DNA of 24,619 bases, from positions 1-24,619 of IMG/VR virus record IMGVR_UViG_3300037458_000123; one strand, written 5' to 3'. This DNA comes from a virus (taxonomy: Duplodnaviria; Caudoviricetes). A program made the position numbers and the translations under genes. Positions 1-9,354 of the stretch are shown here, piece after piece; the stretch's first letter is position 1; each line of letters opens with the position of its first letter. Below the pieces are notes generated by a model. That model searched no databases, was not told the origin of the DNA, and saw nothing but the letters and a program-made list of their open reading frames with translations.

Positions 1-1575
1 CGTGCCGGAACGACGGCAGGAATTTCAAATGCAAATCTTGGTCAATTGCTTTTTCAAAATTGCAACAATGCATTGATTGGAACTAATGGACCGACAACTA
101 TTGGATTCTACACATCCAGTATTGAAAGAATGCGAATCAATACATCTGGTCAAGTGACTCCAGCAACGAATGATGGAACTGCTCTTGGAAGCACATCACT
201 AATGTGGTCCGATCTCTTTCTTGCATCTGGGGGTGTTATTAATTGGAACAATGGAGATGTGCTTCTAGCACACTCTTCCGATTATTTATATCTCCAAGGT
301 GGTCGTTTAAGAATTGAACAGAATATCGGAAATTCACATGCTACAAATCTTATTGTTGCTGCATTAGGAACTGCACAAAATCAACAGCCAGGAATTTCGT
401 TTTATCCAACATTTATAGGAACTGGAGACAACGGCCCTCGACGCGCCGCGGATATTTTTGCTGGATTTACTGGCGCATGGGGCACACAATATCTTGCCTT
501 CTGTGTTGGTAGCGCGACGAACGATCTCGGAGACTTGACTCCAGAACGCATGAGAATTTCGGCCGATGGAGATGTTTCAATTGGAACCACAGATTCTCCA
601 TATAGACTTACTGTTAGAGGAGATTCGTTTGATGGTGGATGGATCGGAGCCTCAGGTGCTTGGAGTTGGTTTGGTCTTGGTGGAGTTAATAATGCATCGG
701 ATGGAGCAGGGGGATTACAGTATAATCGTGCTACAGGAGAACTTTTTCTTTGGTCAAATAATCGCGACACAAGGGTCAATCGTGCTGTAATAAATTCAAC
801 CAATTTTTCTCCAGTTACAAACGACAGTCTTGCATTAGGTACTGGATCATTGATGTGGTCTGATCTTTGGCTTGCTTCTGGAGGTACAATCAACTGGAAC
901 AATAATGATGTTTACATTAGTCATTCCGCAAATCAGATAAATGTAGCAGGAGCTAGTTCTTGGTTTTTTCAAGGACAAAAACATGAAGTTCAAAATAATG
1001 GTGGAATATGTCAATATGTCTGTTATCGTACGGACAATCATGGAGCAGCCGATGTTGCATATTGGAACATCTATGGAAAAGATAGTGGAAACAACTTTGA
1101 AGAATGGGGTCGTATTACAATCAATGTAATCGATGCCACTGCTGGATCGGAAGATTCACAAGTTGGAATTGGTTCTATGACTGCAGGAACATTCTATAAT
1201 CAACTTTTTGTCGGTGCAGGAATTCAAATTGGAGTTCCAACTGGTGGATTTAAAGGTCTTAACACTCTTAACTGTGCAGGAGATATCTATAAAAACAACA
1301 GTGCTTATACAAATCCAGACTACGTGCTTGAGCATTACTACACAGGAAAAATTGAAAAATTTGCCCATCATGAAGGAGCAAATACTTATCCCGGTTTAAT
1401 GCTTCTCAGTGATCTGGAAAGTTATTTACAAGAACATCACCATCTTCCACGAGTTCCACGCGACGATGGTGCTGGAATTTTTGAACGATCGGATTTTGTT
1501 CTAGAAAAACTGGAAGAACTTTTTCTATACGTTATTGCTCTCGAAAAACGAATATCACAACTAGAAGGAAGATAA
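1..1575 (+). CDS. Tail fibre-like protein, 5'-truncated (frame open from base 1), with duplicated beta-module and C-terminal chaperone-like coiled-coil domain
   Basis: Frame 1 is open from position 1 (CGT GCC GGA...), so the 46 start is arbitrary. Gly/Asn/Thr-rich. ERMRI(N/S)xxG fibre-type motifs. Duplicated block TNDxxALGxxSLMWSDLxLASGGxINWNNxDV. C-terminal PDYV...HLPRVP...LEKLEELFLYVIALEKRISQLE. Confidence 0.7.
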   Translation, partial: RAGTTAGISNANLGQLLFQNCNNALIGTNGPTTIGFYTSSIERMRINTSGQVTPATNDGTALGSTSLMWSDLFLASGGVINWNNGDVLLAHSSDYLYLQGGRLRIEQNIGNSHATNLIVAALGTAQNQQPGISFYPTFIGTGDNGPRRAADIFAGFTGAWGTQYLAFCVGSATNDLGDLTPERMRISADGDVSIGTTDSPYRLTVRGDSFDGGWIGASGAWSWFGLGGVNNASDGAGGLQYNRATGELFLWSNNRDTRVNRAVINSTNFSPVTNDSLALGTGSLMWSDLWLASGGTINWNNNDVYISHSANQINVAGASSWFFQGQKHEVQNNGGICQYVCYRTDNHGAADVAYWNIYGKDSGNNFEEWGRITINVIDATAGSEDSQVGIGSMTAGTFYNQLFVGAGIQIGVPTGGFKGLNTLNCAGDIYKNNSAYTNPDYVLEHYYTGKIEKFAHHEGANTYPGLMLLSDLESYLQEHHHLPRVPRDDGAGIFERSDFVLEKLEELFLYVIALEKRISQLEGR

Positions 1576-1576
1576 T

Positions 1577-1915
1577 ATGGGAAGTATAGTATTACAAGTA
1601 AACGGAACTACTGTTGGTAATGTTGCAGATGGTGCGGGGGTTGAAATTGTTCGTGCTGTATCGGAAGAAGACAGTGCCAGACTTATTGAAGCATTGGGAA
1701 ATTATTATGATACACATTTTCATCCAACAAATGCAAATGCTTTAGAAAAGACAACAGAAAATATCATTAAAGTCTGGTGGGAAGATGTAATCAGACAAGC
1801 AAAAAAACATGTTGAACGATATGAGACCAAAAAAATTACTGTTGCTCCCATAGAAGTTTTTAACTCAACAGAAGAATTGACATTGGTAAAAACATCCGGC
1901 AAAGAAAGTGTGTGA
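1577..1915 (+). CDS. Hypothetical protein (112 aa), possibly fibre-associated or assembly factor
   Basis: ATG 1 nt after the upstream stop, with an AAGGAAG SD-like motif. Function inferred from position only. Confidence 0.6.
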   Translation: MGSIVLQVNGTTVGNVADGAGVEIVRAVSEEDSARLIEALGNYYDTHFHPTNANALEKTTENIIKVWWEDVIRQAKKHVERYETKKITVAPIEVFNSTEELTLVKTSGKESV

Positions 1916-1950
1916 TGAATTTTTAAACACCATTTGACGTTATTCTTTAT

Positions 1951-1958
1951 GATAAATA
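1951..1958 (+). promoter_or_regulatory. T4-type late promoter box (GATAAATA)
   Basis: 7/8 match to the gp55 late consensus TATAAATA, intergenic, 25 nt before the giant fibre ATG. Confidence 0.65.
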
Positions 1959-1983
1959 GAAAAGGACAAAAGAAAAGGTTCAA

Positions 1984-4900
1984 ATGGGTATAAAAGTAAC
2001 TGTCAATTCGACACCCAAAAACATCGCGATCAATTCCCTTCCAAATCAGCAAATTTCAGTTTCTGGTGGTGGATCTGGAGGATCTGGTGAATCTCTTGGT
2101 GATGCCTATGGTAAAGCAAATTCTGCCAATGTTTTAGCACAAGCAGGAATTATTACTGCCAATGCAGCATTTGATGCAGCAAATCTTGCTGCTGGTGGAC
2201 CAGTTCTTCTAGTTTATCAACAAGCAAATCTAGTTTTTGATGTTGCCAATGCAGCATTCGATACTGCCAACAATGTCTTTATTGCTAATTTGGCATTTGA
2301 TCAAGCAAATCTAGTTTTTAATTATTCAAATACAGCAACTTATATTGCCAATCTGGCTTTTGATGCTGCCAACAATGTGGTTTCAGGAGGACCAGCATAT
2401 GATACAGCCAATTCTGCTTACAATGCAGCCAATGCAGCATTTAATGCTGCGAATAATGTTGTTTCAGGTGGTCCTGCTTACGATAACGCCAATGCTGCTT
2501 ATGATCAGGCTAACACTGCATACGGACAGGCGAATGTCGTCTATGCGCAAGCAAATGTCGCATACCTTAACTCAAATCTAGCAGTCTACATTGCCAATTT
2601 GGCATTTGGTAAAGCAAACATTGCAAACGTTACTGCTGAATATGCCTATAATTATGCCAACTCGGTCTACACTTATGCTGCCAATCTTATTATGTCGGCC
2701 GCAAATACCGCATTCTCAAAGGCCAATTCTGCCAACATCATTGCTGATGCAGCATTTCTACAAGCAAACACTTCCAGAGATCGTGCCAACAGTGCAAACG
2801 TAGATGCTGTTGCAGCATTTCTTAAGGGAAATACGGCTCATGCTAGTGCTAATACCACATGGACCTATGCTGCCAATAATGTTATGCTTGCTGCTAATAG
2901 TGCGTATGCAAAAGCAAATGCTGCAAATATAACTGCTGATTTTGCCTATGCCAATGCAGTTTTTGCCAACACAGTTGCTATAGCAGCATTCAATGCTGCC
3001 AACAATGTGGTTTCAGGAGGGCCAGCATATGATACAGCCAATGCTGCTTTCAATAAGGCAAATTCAGCAAATGTAATTGCTGTTGCTGCTTTTGATGCTG
3101 CCAATAGTGCGATTTCTGGAGGATCTGGTCCTGCATTTGATAAGGCCAATGCTGCCAACATCATTGCCGATGCTGCTTTTGCTCAAGCTAATACAGCATA
3201 TAATCGTGCCAACTCTGCCAATGTTGATGCTGCTGCTGCTTTTCTGAAAGGTAACACTGCTCATGCGGCAGCCAATACCACATGGACCTATGCTGCCAAT
3301 AATGTTATGCTGGCTGCTAATAGTGCATATGTCAAGGCCAATGCCGCTAATATAATTGCTGATGCATCATTTGCGCAAGCAAACACTGCTTACAATAGAG
3401 CAAACTCCGCAAATGTAGACGCAGTAGCAGCATTCCTTAAAGGAAATACAGCACATGCTGGTGCTAATACCACTTGGACTTACGCAGCAAATACAGTAAT
3501 GCTTGCTGCTAATAGTGCTTATACCAAAGCCAATGCTGCTAATATAATTGCTGATGCTGCGTTTGGTTATGCCAATGGAGTCAACACGAATACCTTCACT
3601 GCTTTGACAACATCCATAGCGGCATTTCTTAAGGGCAACACAGCACATGTTGGTGCTAATACCACCTGGACTTATGCTGCCAATAATGTTATGCTTGCTG
3701 CTAATAGTGCGTATGCAAAAGCAAATGCTGCAAATATAACTGCTGATTTTGCTTATGCCAATGCTTCATTTGCAAATGCAGTTGCAATTGCTGCATTTGC
3801 AGTGGCCAACACTGCTGGTAATGGTGGTGTTGCATATGATAAAGCCAATGCTGCCAACATCATTGCTGATGCTGCTTTTGCAAGAGCAAATGTTGCTAAT
3901 AATGTTCCTGTAGGAAATACTACAACTGGAACATTCAATCTGCGATCAACGCGAAACAAGATCAACTTTATTCCTGGAACCAACGTGGAAATTAACGTTG
4001 ATGACGATTCTTCTGGAGATAGAGTAAACGTTACTATTTCCGCAGTTACAAGCAATCCAGATGGAGATCCTGTTTATGCATTCATGCAAGCAAACTCAGC
4101 ATATCAAAAGGCCAATGCTGCAAACATTTTGGCAGAGTCTGCATTCATACAAGCCAATACCGCAAGAGATCGTGCCAACAGTGCAAACGTTGATGCTGCT
4201 GCTGCTTTTCTGAAAGGTAATACTGCTCATGCGGCAGCCAATACCACATGGACTTACGCGGCAAACACAGTCATGTTGGCAGCCAATGCTGCATTTGCTC
4301 AAGCCAATGCTTCGAATATAAATGCCGCATCTGCATTTGCTTATGCAAACGGAGTCAACACAAATACATTTACTTCTCTTGCTACAGCAATTGCTGCGTT
4401 TCTCAAGGGCAACACTGCTCATGCTGGTGCTAATACTACCTGGACCTATGCTGCTAATGATGTTATGCGTACCGCAAATAGTGCTTTTGCTTATGCCAAC
4501 GGAGTCAACACAAATACCTTTACTGCATTAGCAACCTCTATTTCTGCTTTTGCACAAGCAAATACGGCCTACAATCGTGCCAACAGTGCAAACGTTGATG
4601 CTGTAGCAGCATTCCTTAAGGGCAACACTGCTCATGCTGGTGCTAACACAACATGGACCTATGCTGCCAATAATGTTATGCTGGCAGCAAATTCTGCTTA
4701 TGCATATGCCAATGGTATAAACACAAATACCTTTGTCTCTCTTTCCACAGCAATTGCTTCCTACGGACAAGCCAACACAGATTGGACCTATGCAGCAAAT
4801 ACAGTGATGCTTGCTGCAAACAGTGCATATGCCAAAGCTAATGCTGCCAACATTATTGCTGATGCTGCATTTTCCTATGCCAATGGAGTAAATACTAATA

Positions 4901-7434
4901 CGTTTACTGCTTTGGCAACATCTATTGCTGCATTTAATTCAGGAAATACAACTTATACCTATGCTGCCAATACGGTCATGTTGGCAGCCAATGCTGCATT
5001 TGCTCAAGCCAACTCAGCAAACATAAATTCTGCTGCTGCATTTGATCAAGCCAATACGGCATACAATCGTGCTAACTCAGCAAATGTAGATGCTGTTGCT
5101 GCCTTCCTTAAGGGCAACACCGCACATGCTGCTGCTAACACCACATGGACTTATGCTGCAAATACAGTCATGTTGGTTGCTAACAGTGCGTATGCCAAAG
5201 CCAATGCTGCAAATATAACTGCTGATTTTGCTTATGCCAATGCTTCATTTGCCAATACAGTTGCCAGAGCAGCATTTGAAGCAGCTAATAATGCAGGAAG
5301 TGGTGGAGCAGGATATGACAAGGCCAATGCAGCAAACATCATTGCAGACTCGGCATTTGCTTTTGCTAATGGTGTGAATATCAATACCTTCACTGCTTTG
5401 GCAACATCTGTAGCAGCATTTCTTAAAGGTAACACAGCCCATGCTGGTGCCAATACTACCTGGACTTATGCTGCAAATACAGTCATGTTGGTGGCAAACT
5501 CGGCATTTGGTTATGCCAATGGTGTAAATACTAATACATTTACAGCATTAGCAACTTCTGTCGCAGCATTTGCTTCAGGTAACACAACTTATACCTATGC
5601 AGCAAACACAGTAATGCTTGCTGCTAATAGTGCTTATACCAAAGCCAATGCTGCTAATATAATTGCTGATGCTGCTTATGCTCAAGCAAACACAGTCTAC
5701 AATCGTGCCAACTCTGCAAATGTTGATGCTGTTGCAGCATTTCTTAAAGGCAACACTGCTCATGCAGCAGCTAATACCACCTGGACATATGCTGCCAATG
5801 ACGTAATGCGTACTGCTAACAGTGCTTTTGCCTATGCCAACGGAGTAAACACCAATACATTTGTTTCTCTTTCAACGGCAGTAGCAGCATATACTCAAGC
5901 AAACACAGATTGGACTTATGCTGCCAACAATGTTATGTTGGCTGCTAATAGTGCATATACCAAAGCCAATGCTGCTAATATCATTGCAGATTCAGCATTT
6001 GCTTATGCCAATGGAGTCAACACCAACACATTTACGGCATTAGCAACTTCAAGAGCTGCATTTGCTGCCGGAAACACAAACTGGACTTACGCAGCAAATA
6101 CAGTCATGTTGGCTGCCAATGCTGCATTCGCAATGGCTAATGCTGCTAACCTCATGCCTGTTGGAAATACCATGGCAAATGGTTATTGGACAGCAAGAGC
6201 AACACGGCGGCAAATAAACTTTATTCCCGGATCAAACATCACTATCAATGTAGATGATGATCCAACACTGAATACTGCCAATATTACAATTACATCCACA
6301 GCATCTGGTGGAGACCCATCGTTTGCATTTTCTCAAGCAAACACTGCCTACAATCGTGCCAACTCTGCAAATGTAGATGCAGTAGCAGCATTCCTTAAGG
6401 GCAACACGGCTCATGCTGGTGCTAATACCACATGGACTTATGCTGCCAATACAGTCATGTTGGCAGCAAATTCTGCTTATGCATATGCAAATGGTGTAAA
6501 CACAAATACCTTTACTTCTCTTGCTACAGCAATTGCTGCTTATGCTCAAGCAAATACTACGTGGACTTACGCAGCAAATACAGTCATGTTGGCAGCAAAT
6601 TCTGCTTATGTAAAGGCAAATGCTGCCAACATCATTGCCGATGCCGCTTTTGCTTATTCCAACGGAGTAAACACTAACACATTTACTACTTTGGCAGCAT
6701 CTGTTGCAGCATTTCTCAAGGGCAATACCGCACATGCTGGTGCTAATACCACATGGACTTATGCTGCCAATGATGTAATGCGTACCGCAAATAGTGCTTT
6801 TGCTGCTGGTAATACAACTTATACCTATGCAGCAAATACAGTGATGCTTGCTGCCAATGCTGCATTTGCGATGGCCAATGCTGCTAATCTCATGCCTGTT
6901 GGAAACACTATGTCCAACAGCTACTATACAGTTCGTGCTACACGTCGCAAACTCAATTTTATTCCTGGATCAAACATCACTATCAATGTGGATGATGATC
7001 CAACACTGAATACTGCAAACATCACCATTACTTCAACTGCAAGTGGTCCTGGTGGGGGTGGTGCCGCAGTTTCTGCCGTTCCTCCAGGATCACCAACTGC
7101 AAATGATTTGTGGTGGAGCAGTGAAACAGGTAAACTTTATGTTTACTACAATGATGGAACTTCTTCTCAGTGGGTTGATGCATCTCCTGGAGAAGTTATT
7201 GCGAATGGTGCAGCAGAAATTGCAATTGCTGCTTACGTAAAGGCTAATGCTGCCAACATAATCGCAGATTCAACATATACTTATGCAGCAAATACAGTGA
7301 TGCTTGCTGCCAATGCTGCTTTCGCAAAAGCAAATACAACCAATGTTAGAAGCACCACACCACTAAATATTACAGTCTCAAGTACAGAACCAACAGGAAA
7401 TTCCATTGGTGATATTTGGATTGATATAAGTTAA
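1984..7434 (+). CDS. Giant Ala/Asn-rich heptad-repeat (coiled-coil) fibre protein, 1816 aa
   Basis: Continuous [A/T/V]-[F/Y/W/H]-x-x-A-N-x periodicity. 12 copies of AAFLKGNTAH. Three beta-type modules (NFIPGxNxxINVDDD). C-terminal PGSPTANDLWWSSETGKLYVYYNDG and SSTEPTGNSIGDIWID motifs typical of phage fibre proteins. Confidence 0.75.
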   Translation: MGIKVTVNSTPKNIAINSLPNQQISVSGGGSGGSGESLGDAYGKANSANVLAQAGIITANAAFDAANLAAGGPVLLVYQQANLVFDVANAAFDTANNVFIANLAFDQANLVFNYSNTATYIANLAFDAANNVVSGGPAYDTANSAYNAANAAFNAANNVVSGGPAYDNANAAYDQANTAYGQANVVYAQANVAYLNSNLAVYIANLAFGKANIANVTAEYAYNYANSVYTYAANLIMSAANTAFSKANSANIIADAAFLQANTSRDRANSANVDAVAAFLKGNTAHASANTTWTYAANNVMLAANSAYAKANAANITADFAYANAVFANTVAIAAFNAANNVVSGGPAYDTANAAFNKANSANVIAVAAFDAANSAISGGSGPAFDKANAANIIADAAFAQANTAYNRANSANVDAAAAFLKGNTAHAAANTTWTYAANNVMLAANSAYVKANAANIIADASFAQANTAYNRANSANVDAVAAFLKGNTAHAGANTTWTYAANTVMLAANSAYTKANAANIIADAAFGYANGVNTNTFTALTTSIAAFLKGNTAHVGANTTWTYAANNVMLAANSAYAKANAANITADFAYANASFANAVAIAAFAVANTAGNGGVAYDKANAANIIADAAFARANVANNVPVGNTTTGTFNLRSTRNKINFIPGTNVEINVDDDSSGDRVNVTISAVTSNPDGDPVYAFMQANSAYQKANAANILAESAFIQANTARDRANSANVDAAAAFLKGNTAHAAANTTWTYAANTVMLAANAAFAQANASNINAASAFAYANGVNTNTFTSLATAIAAFLKGNTAHAGANTTWTYAANDVMRTANSAFAYANGVNTNTFTALATSISAFAQANTAYNRANSANVDAVAAFLKGNTAHAGANTTWTYAANNVMLAANSAYAYANGINTNTFVSLSTAIASYGQANTDWTYAANTVMLAANSAYAKANAANIIADAAFSYANGVNTNTFTALATSIAAFNSGNTTYTYAANTVMLAANAAFAQANSANINSAAAFDQANTAYNRANSANVDAVAAFLKGNTAHAAANTTWTYAANTVMLVANSAYAKANAANITADFAYANASFANTVARAAFEAANNAGSGGAGYDKANAANIIADSAFAFANGVNINTFTALATSVAAFLKGNTAHAGANTTWTYAANTVMLVANSAFGYANGVNTNTFTALATSVAAFASGNTTYTYAANTVMLAANSAYTKANAANIIADAAYAQANTVYNRANSANVDAVAAFLKGNTAHAAANTTWTYAANDVMRTANSAFAYANGVNTNTFVSLSTAVAAYTQANTDWTYAANNVMLAANSAYTKANAANIIADSAFAYANGVNTNTFTALATSRAAFAAGNTNWTYAANTVMLAANAAFAMANAANLMPVGNTMANGYWTARATRRQINFIPGSNITINVDDDPTLNTANITITSTASGGDPSFAFSQANTAYNRANSANVDAVAAFLKGNTAHAGANTTWTYAANTVMLAANSAYAYANGVNTNTFTSLATAIAAYAQANTTWTYAANTVMLAANSAYVKANAANIIADAAFAYSNGVNTNTFTTLAASVAAFLKGNTAHAGANTTWTYAANDVMRTANSAFAAGNTTYTYAANTVMLAANAAFAMANAANLMPVGNTMSNSYYTVRATRRKLNFIPGSNITINVDDDPTLNTANITITSTASGPGGGGAAVSAVPPGSPTANDLWWSSETGKLYVYYNDGTSSQWVDASPGEVIANGAAEIAIAAYVKANAANIIADSTYTYAANTVMLAANAAFAKANTTNVRSTTPLNITVSSTEPTGNSIGDIWIDIS
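2782..6890 (+). repeat. Dispersed coding repeats of the block ANSANVDAVAAFLKGNTAHAGANTTWTYAANTVMLAANSA and variants
   Basis: Copies of the AAFLKGNTAH core counted by eye near 2810, 3235, 3425, 3620, 4200, 4390, 4605, 5100, 5415, 5735, 6385 and 6705. Copies differ mostly at synonymous positions. Confidence 0.9.
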
Positions 7435-7444
7435 GGAAAAACTA

Positions 7445-8293
7445 ATGGCATTATACATACCAAGACAAGCATCTTCTTTTTGGAGTTATGATAACTGGGG
7501 AACAAACCCATCAGCAACTATTGGTACAAGCGTCACATCTGGAACTGCAAATGCCGAAGGGTCGTGGACTCAGATTGCTTCTGGAACAAATATTGCAAAA
7601 GACGTTCATTCAATGTATTTGCAGATTCATACTGGTGCCGCATCTGGTAACGTCAGGCCTGCGTTGCTAGATATAGGTGTTGATCCTGCAGGGGGATCTT
7701 CATACGTTGAAGTTATATCTGATTTGGATATTGGATTTACTCCAGCACTGACTGTTGCTGGAAACAGAGAACATTTTTTTCCATTTAAGATTAATGCTGG
7801 ATCATCTGTTGCAGCAAGAATCAAAGGAAGATTTTCTTCTGCACATCGTGTTGCAGCAAGATTTTATGGTTATCAAGGAGTTGATGGAGTATATCCTTCT
7901 GGATCATATTCAGAAACTTATGGTGCAACAACCATTTCTGGAACATTAGTCACACCAGGAAATGCCGCTGACGGTTCCTGGGTACAATTGGGAACCACAA
8001 CAAAACCAATCTGGTGGTGGCAAATGGGATATTCTGTGTATAATACAACTATCACTGCTGAATATACATATCTAGAACTAGCAGTTGGTGACAACTCAAA
8101 CAAGGTTACGGTCTTTAAAATGATGCACGGAGGAACAACAGGTGAAACCTGTGGTCTTGCAGCACAAACACAGTTAGTATGGCCGGCAGCATATTTCTCT
8201 GTCCCAGAAGGAACTGGTGTGTATGCTCGTGCAAGATGTAACAACGCACCAGATACAAATTATTATATCAATGTTGTAGGTATTGGAGGATAA
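7445..8293 (+). CDS. Hypothetical virion-type protein (282 aa) with two-fold internal repeat
   Basis: AAGGA SD. GTSVTSGTANAEGSWTQIASGT is echoed by GTLVTPGNAADGSWVQLGTTT. Beta-rich composition. Confidence 0.65.
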   Translation: MALYIPRQASSFWSYDNWGTNPSATIGTSVTSGTANAEGSWTQIASGTNIAKDVHSMYLQIHTGAASGNVRPALLDIGVDPAGGSSYVEVISDLDIGFTPALTVAGNREHFFPFKINAGSSVAARIKGRFSSAHRVAARFYGYQGVDGVYPSGSYSETYGATTISGTLVTPGNAADGSWVQLGTTTKPIWWWQMGYSVYNTTITAEYTYLELAVGDNSNKVTVFKMMHGGTTGETCGLAAQTQLVWPAAYFSVPEGTGVYARARCNNAPDTNYYINVVGIGG

Positions 8294-8294
8294 C

Positions 8295-8648
8295 GTGGCA
8301 ATTACAGAATTGAAAACTGGAACAAAAGCACTGTCGGGAAATGCTGAGTGGTCATTAACTGAGGATGCATCATTCTCAGCAACCGCAAACACAGTTGATG
8401 GTGTGTTTCAAACATATATTGATCTGTCGGATATGGTGGCAGGAGATTTTCTTCGTATTAAAACATATGAAAAAGCACGAAGTGGAGATACTCAAAGAGT
8501 TATTACAGATACAGTTCTAACAGGAACACAGACCGAGCCACTTTGGACCAGTCCATCGTTTATATTTTTACATGGTTGGGATATAACTGCAAACTGTATT
8601 GCTGGATCGGGAATTACAATCAATTGGTCAATAAGGCAGATAGCATAA
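8295..8648 (+). CDS. Hypothetical protein (~117 aa); start reassigned to GTG 8295
   Basis: GGAGG at 8285-8289 lies 5 nt before GTG GCA ATT at 8295, a better start than the TTG at 8283 in the ORF track. Confidence 0.6.
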   Translation: MAITELKTGTKALSGNAEWSLTEDASFSATANTVDGVFQTYIDLSDMVAGDFLRIKTYEKARSGDTQRVITDTVLTGTQTEPLWTSPSFIFLHGWDITANCIAGSGITINWSIRQIA

Positions 8649-8649
8649 C

Positions 8650-8859
8650 ATGACAGTTCCTTCAATAGTTTATCAACCACTTGTTCCTGCTGCTGCTCAA
8701 CTTCAAGCAAGTGGAGGACCGGGACCATCCACTGATGGATATATCAAAGTATGGACAGGAAGTGCTTGGGAATTGAAACCTGTAAAATATTGGAATGGAT
8801 CAACCTGGGCAATAAAACCAGTGAAATACTGGAACGGATCAATATGGAACACAACGTAA
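8650..8859 (+). CDS. Small protein (69 aa) with three Trp-containing repeats (KVWTGSAW / KYWNGSTW / KYWNGSIW)
   Basis: ATG 1 nt after the previous stop. Tandem 13-aa repeat visible in protein and DNA (8746-8847). Confidence 0.65.
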   Translation: MTVPSIVYQPLVPAAAQLQASGGPGPSTDGYIKVWTGSAWELKPVKYWNGSTWAIKPVKYWNGSIWNTT

Positions 8860-8877
8860 TTATTTTAGGAGAAAGAA

Positions 8878-9345
8878 ATGCCATTTCCATCAAATAGTGG
8901 AACAACACAAATAAGTTTGTCTGATGCTTGGACTCTAACCAGATCATATATGAATTTGATTAAGACCAACACACAGCAATTAAGAACTGCTTCGGAAACA
9001 GGAAATGTAAATGCAGAATACATACTGACCTATGCAACTAAATTGATAGATTACAAAGTAGAGTTGCAAAAGACTGTTAATGTCACCGGACTTGCTGCAT
9101 ATGCCCAGGAGCAAATTAACAATCCGACCATTAATATTGTCACTGAGTATAATGCCGTAATTCAAGCGTTGGACTCTGTGGTTGCTTGGATAATCAACAA
9201 CATGCCGAAAGATCAAGATGGATATTTGCTAATCACACAATTTGCCGCACAAAATAATGGAAGAACAACATCTAGATCGTTTGCTCCAGCACAAACTGCT
9301 GGGTTGAGAACAACTCTAGACAGTCTTTTATCAACAATAGACTAA
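8878..9345 (+). CDS. Hypothetical protein (155 aa), predicted helical
   Basis: Strong AGGAG SD and amphipathic helical pattern. No family recognised. Confidence 0.65.
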   Translation: MPFPSNSGTTQISLSDAWTLTRSYMNLIKTNTQQLRTASETGNVNAEYILTYATKLIDYKVELQKTVNVTGLAAYAQEQINNPTINIVTEYNAVIQALDSVVAWIINNMPKDQDGYLLITQFAAQNNGRTTSRSFAPAQTAGLRTTLDSLLSTID

Positions 9346-9354
9346 GGAATTCAA

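Noticed and set aside
1934-1962. Sigma70 promoter from TTGACG at 1934
   Set aside because: There is no convincing -10 hexamer at 16-18 nt spacing, and the late box explains the region.
1984-7434. CRISPR array or diversity-generating retroelement TR/VR among the repeats
   Set aside because: The repeats are in-frame coding units varying at synonymous positions. There are no constant repeats with unique spacers, no adenine-specific mismatch pattern was noticed, and no reverse transcriptase is in the window.
1984-7434. Tape measure protein
   Set aside because: The fibre-type beta modules and terminal motifs, and the location in the fibre cluster, fit an external fibre better. This is not formally excluded without a search.
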